Source of the DNA: an uncultured delta proteobacterium
GTDB taxonomy: Bacteria > Myxococcota > Kuafuiibacteriia > Kuafuiibacteriales > Kuafuiibacteriaceae
Assembly: GCA_963803435.1 (NCBI GenBank)
Contig: CAWDML010000002.1
Location: 1-64,000, forward strand
Length of the DNA: 64,000 nt
Direction of reading: 5' to 3'
The notes beneath the pieces are model-generated. The model was given only the letters and a program-made list of their open reading frames with translations, was not told where the DNA came from and did not search any database. A program made the position numbers and the translations under genes. Every line of letters begins with the position of its first letter. The stretch's first letter is position 1. Positions 63,260 to 64,000 of this stretch are shown piece by piece.

Positions 63260-64000
63260 ATGCTGTGGATCGCGGGCGACAACTTCTACCGGCATCGGGC
63301 CCACGTTCGCTGCCGGCAGGACTTGTCGTACGGCGATCACGAGAAGCAGCGTCTCGATCTGTTCCTTCCGCTCGAGGCGCCCGGCACGGCGCTCGTCGCC
63401 TTCGTCCACGGCGGCGCCTGGAAGATCCGCGACCGGCGCTTCCATCGCTGGATGACGGGCTTGTACTCGAACGTGGGAGCCGCGCTGGCGCGTCGAGGGA
63501 TCGCCGCTGCGGTTCTCGGCTATCGACAGCTCACCGACGACGTCCGTCCGTCGATCGACGACCTTCGCCGTGCGCTCGACTTCCTGGCCGAGCATGCCCC
63601 CGGCGCGGGAGCGCCCGCCGGGAAGCTGGTGCTGATGGGTCACTCCGCCGGCGCGCACCTCGCGGGCTGGCTCGCGCTGGATCCCGACCGGCGCGGCCAG
63701 GCCAAGGGATGGATCGCGCTGGCGGGCTTCTACGATGTGGCTCGCTTCGCCGCCGCGCTACCGCGCCTCCCCCGGCGTCACGTCCACCGCCTCTTCGGCC
63801 CCGATCTGGCGGCCGCGTCACCCGAGCGGTGGGTGGACGCGAGCGCGCCTCCGCTCCTCGCCGGGGCCGCGGCCCGCGACGCCCCCTCCATCACCGACGA
63901 GCAGGGATACCTCGCCGCGGCCTACCGCCGCGCGGGCGCCGCCGCCCAAACGTTCGAGGTCTCCTCGGGACACATGGGCCTGGTGCTCCAGATGGGGCGC
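63260..64000 (+). CDS. HSL-family alpha/beta hydrolase (runs off the window)
   Basis: MLWIAG...YGDHEKQRLDLF...FVHGGAW...GHSAGAHL. Absent from the ORF track because it has no stop inside the window. Confidence 0.9.
   Translation, partial: MLWIAGDNFYRHRAHVRCRQDLSYGDHEKQRLDLFLPLEAPGTALVAFVHGGAWKIRDRRFHRWMTGLYSNVGAALARRGIAAAVLGYRQLTDDVRPSIDDLRRALDFLAEHAPGAGAPAGKLVLMGHSAGAHLAGWLALDPDRRGQAKGWIALAGFYDVARFAAALPRLPRRHVHRLFGPDLAAASPERWVDASAPPLLAGAAARDAPSITDEQGYLAAAYRRAGAAAQTFEVSSGHMGLVLQMGR

Overview
This is a GC-rich window that looks myxobacterial: it has a MYXO-CTERM-type tail, an FHA-sigma54 activator, three Ser/Thr kinases, PilT and a DUF1501/cytochrome c operon. It splits into two parts. (1) About 1-30,200 is a heavily rearranged accessory island. 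It holds pieces of two different Rhs/YD-repeat proteins and a 1,449-bp near-identical inverted duplication of an Rhs core. It also holds a 3.5-kb element with two DDE transposase-like genes and a 6-bp target duplication, and two diverged members of a TGT...ACA transposon family (Zn-ribbon protein, Mu/TnsB-like transposase, ExeA/TnsC-like ATPase, RepA/AAA_25-like ATPase). One of those two is complete, has a 5-bp target duplication, and is itself interrupted by a RIT (recombinase-in-trio) element. A lower-GC metallopeptidase/TSP3 cassette lies among these elements. (2) About 30,200-64,000 looks like ordinary chromosome: kinases, the DUF1501 operon, a subtilase, PadR-ferredoxin, a 5'-3' exonuclease, TetR/PhyH, pilT, UbiA, murI and an M20 peptidase. 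Many genes carry single-base frameshifts, so some pseudogenes and junctions may be sequencing or assembly errors. I saw no CRISPR array, rRNA or tRNA. All family assignments come from reading motifs by eye; no database search was run.
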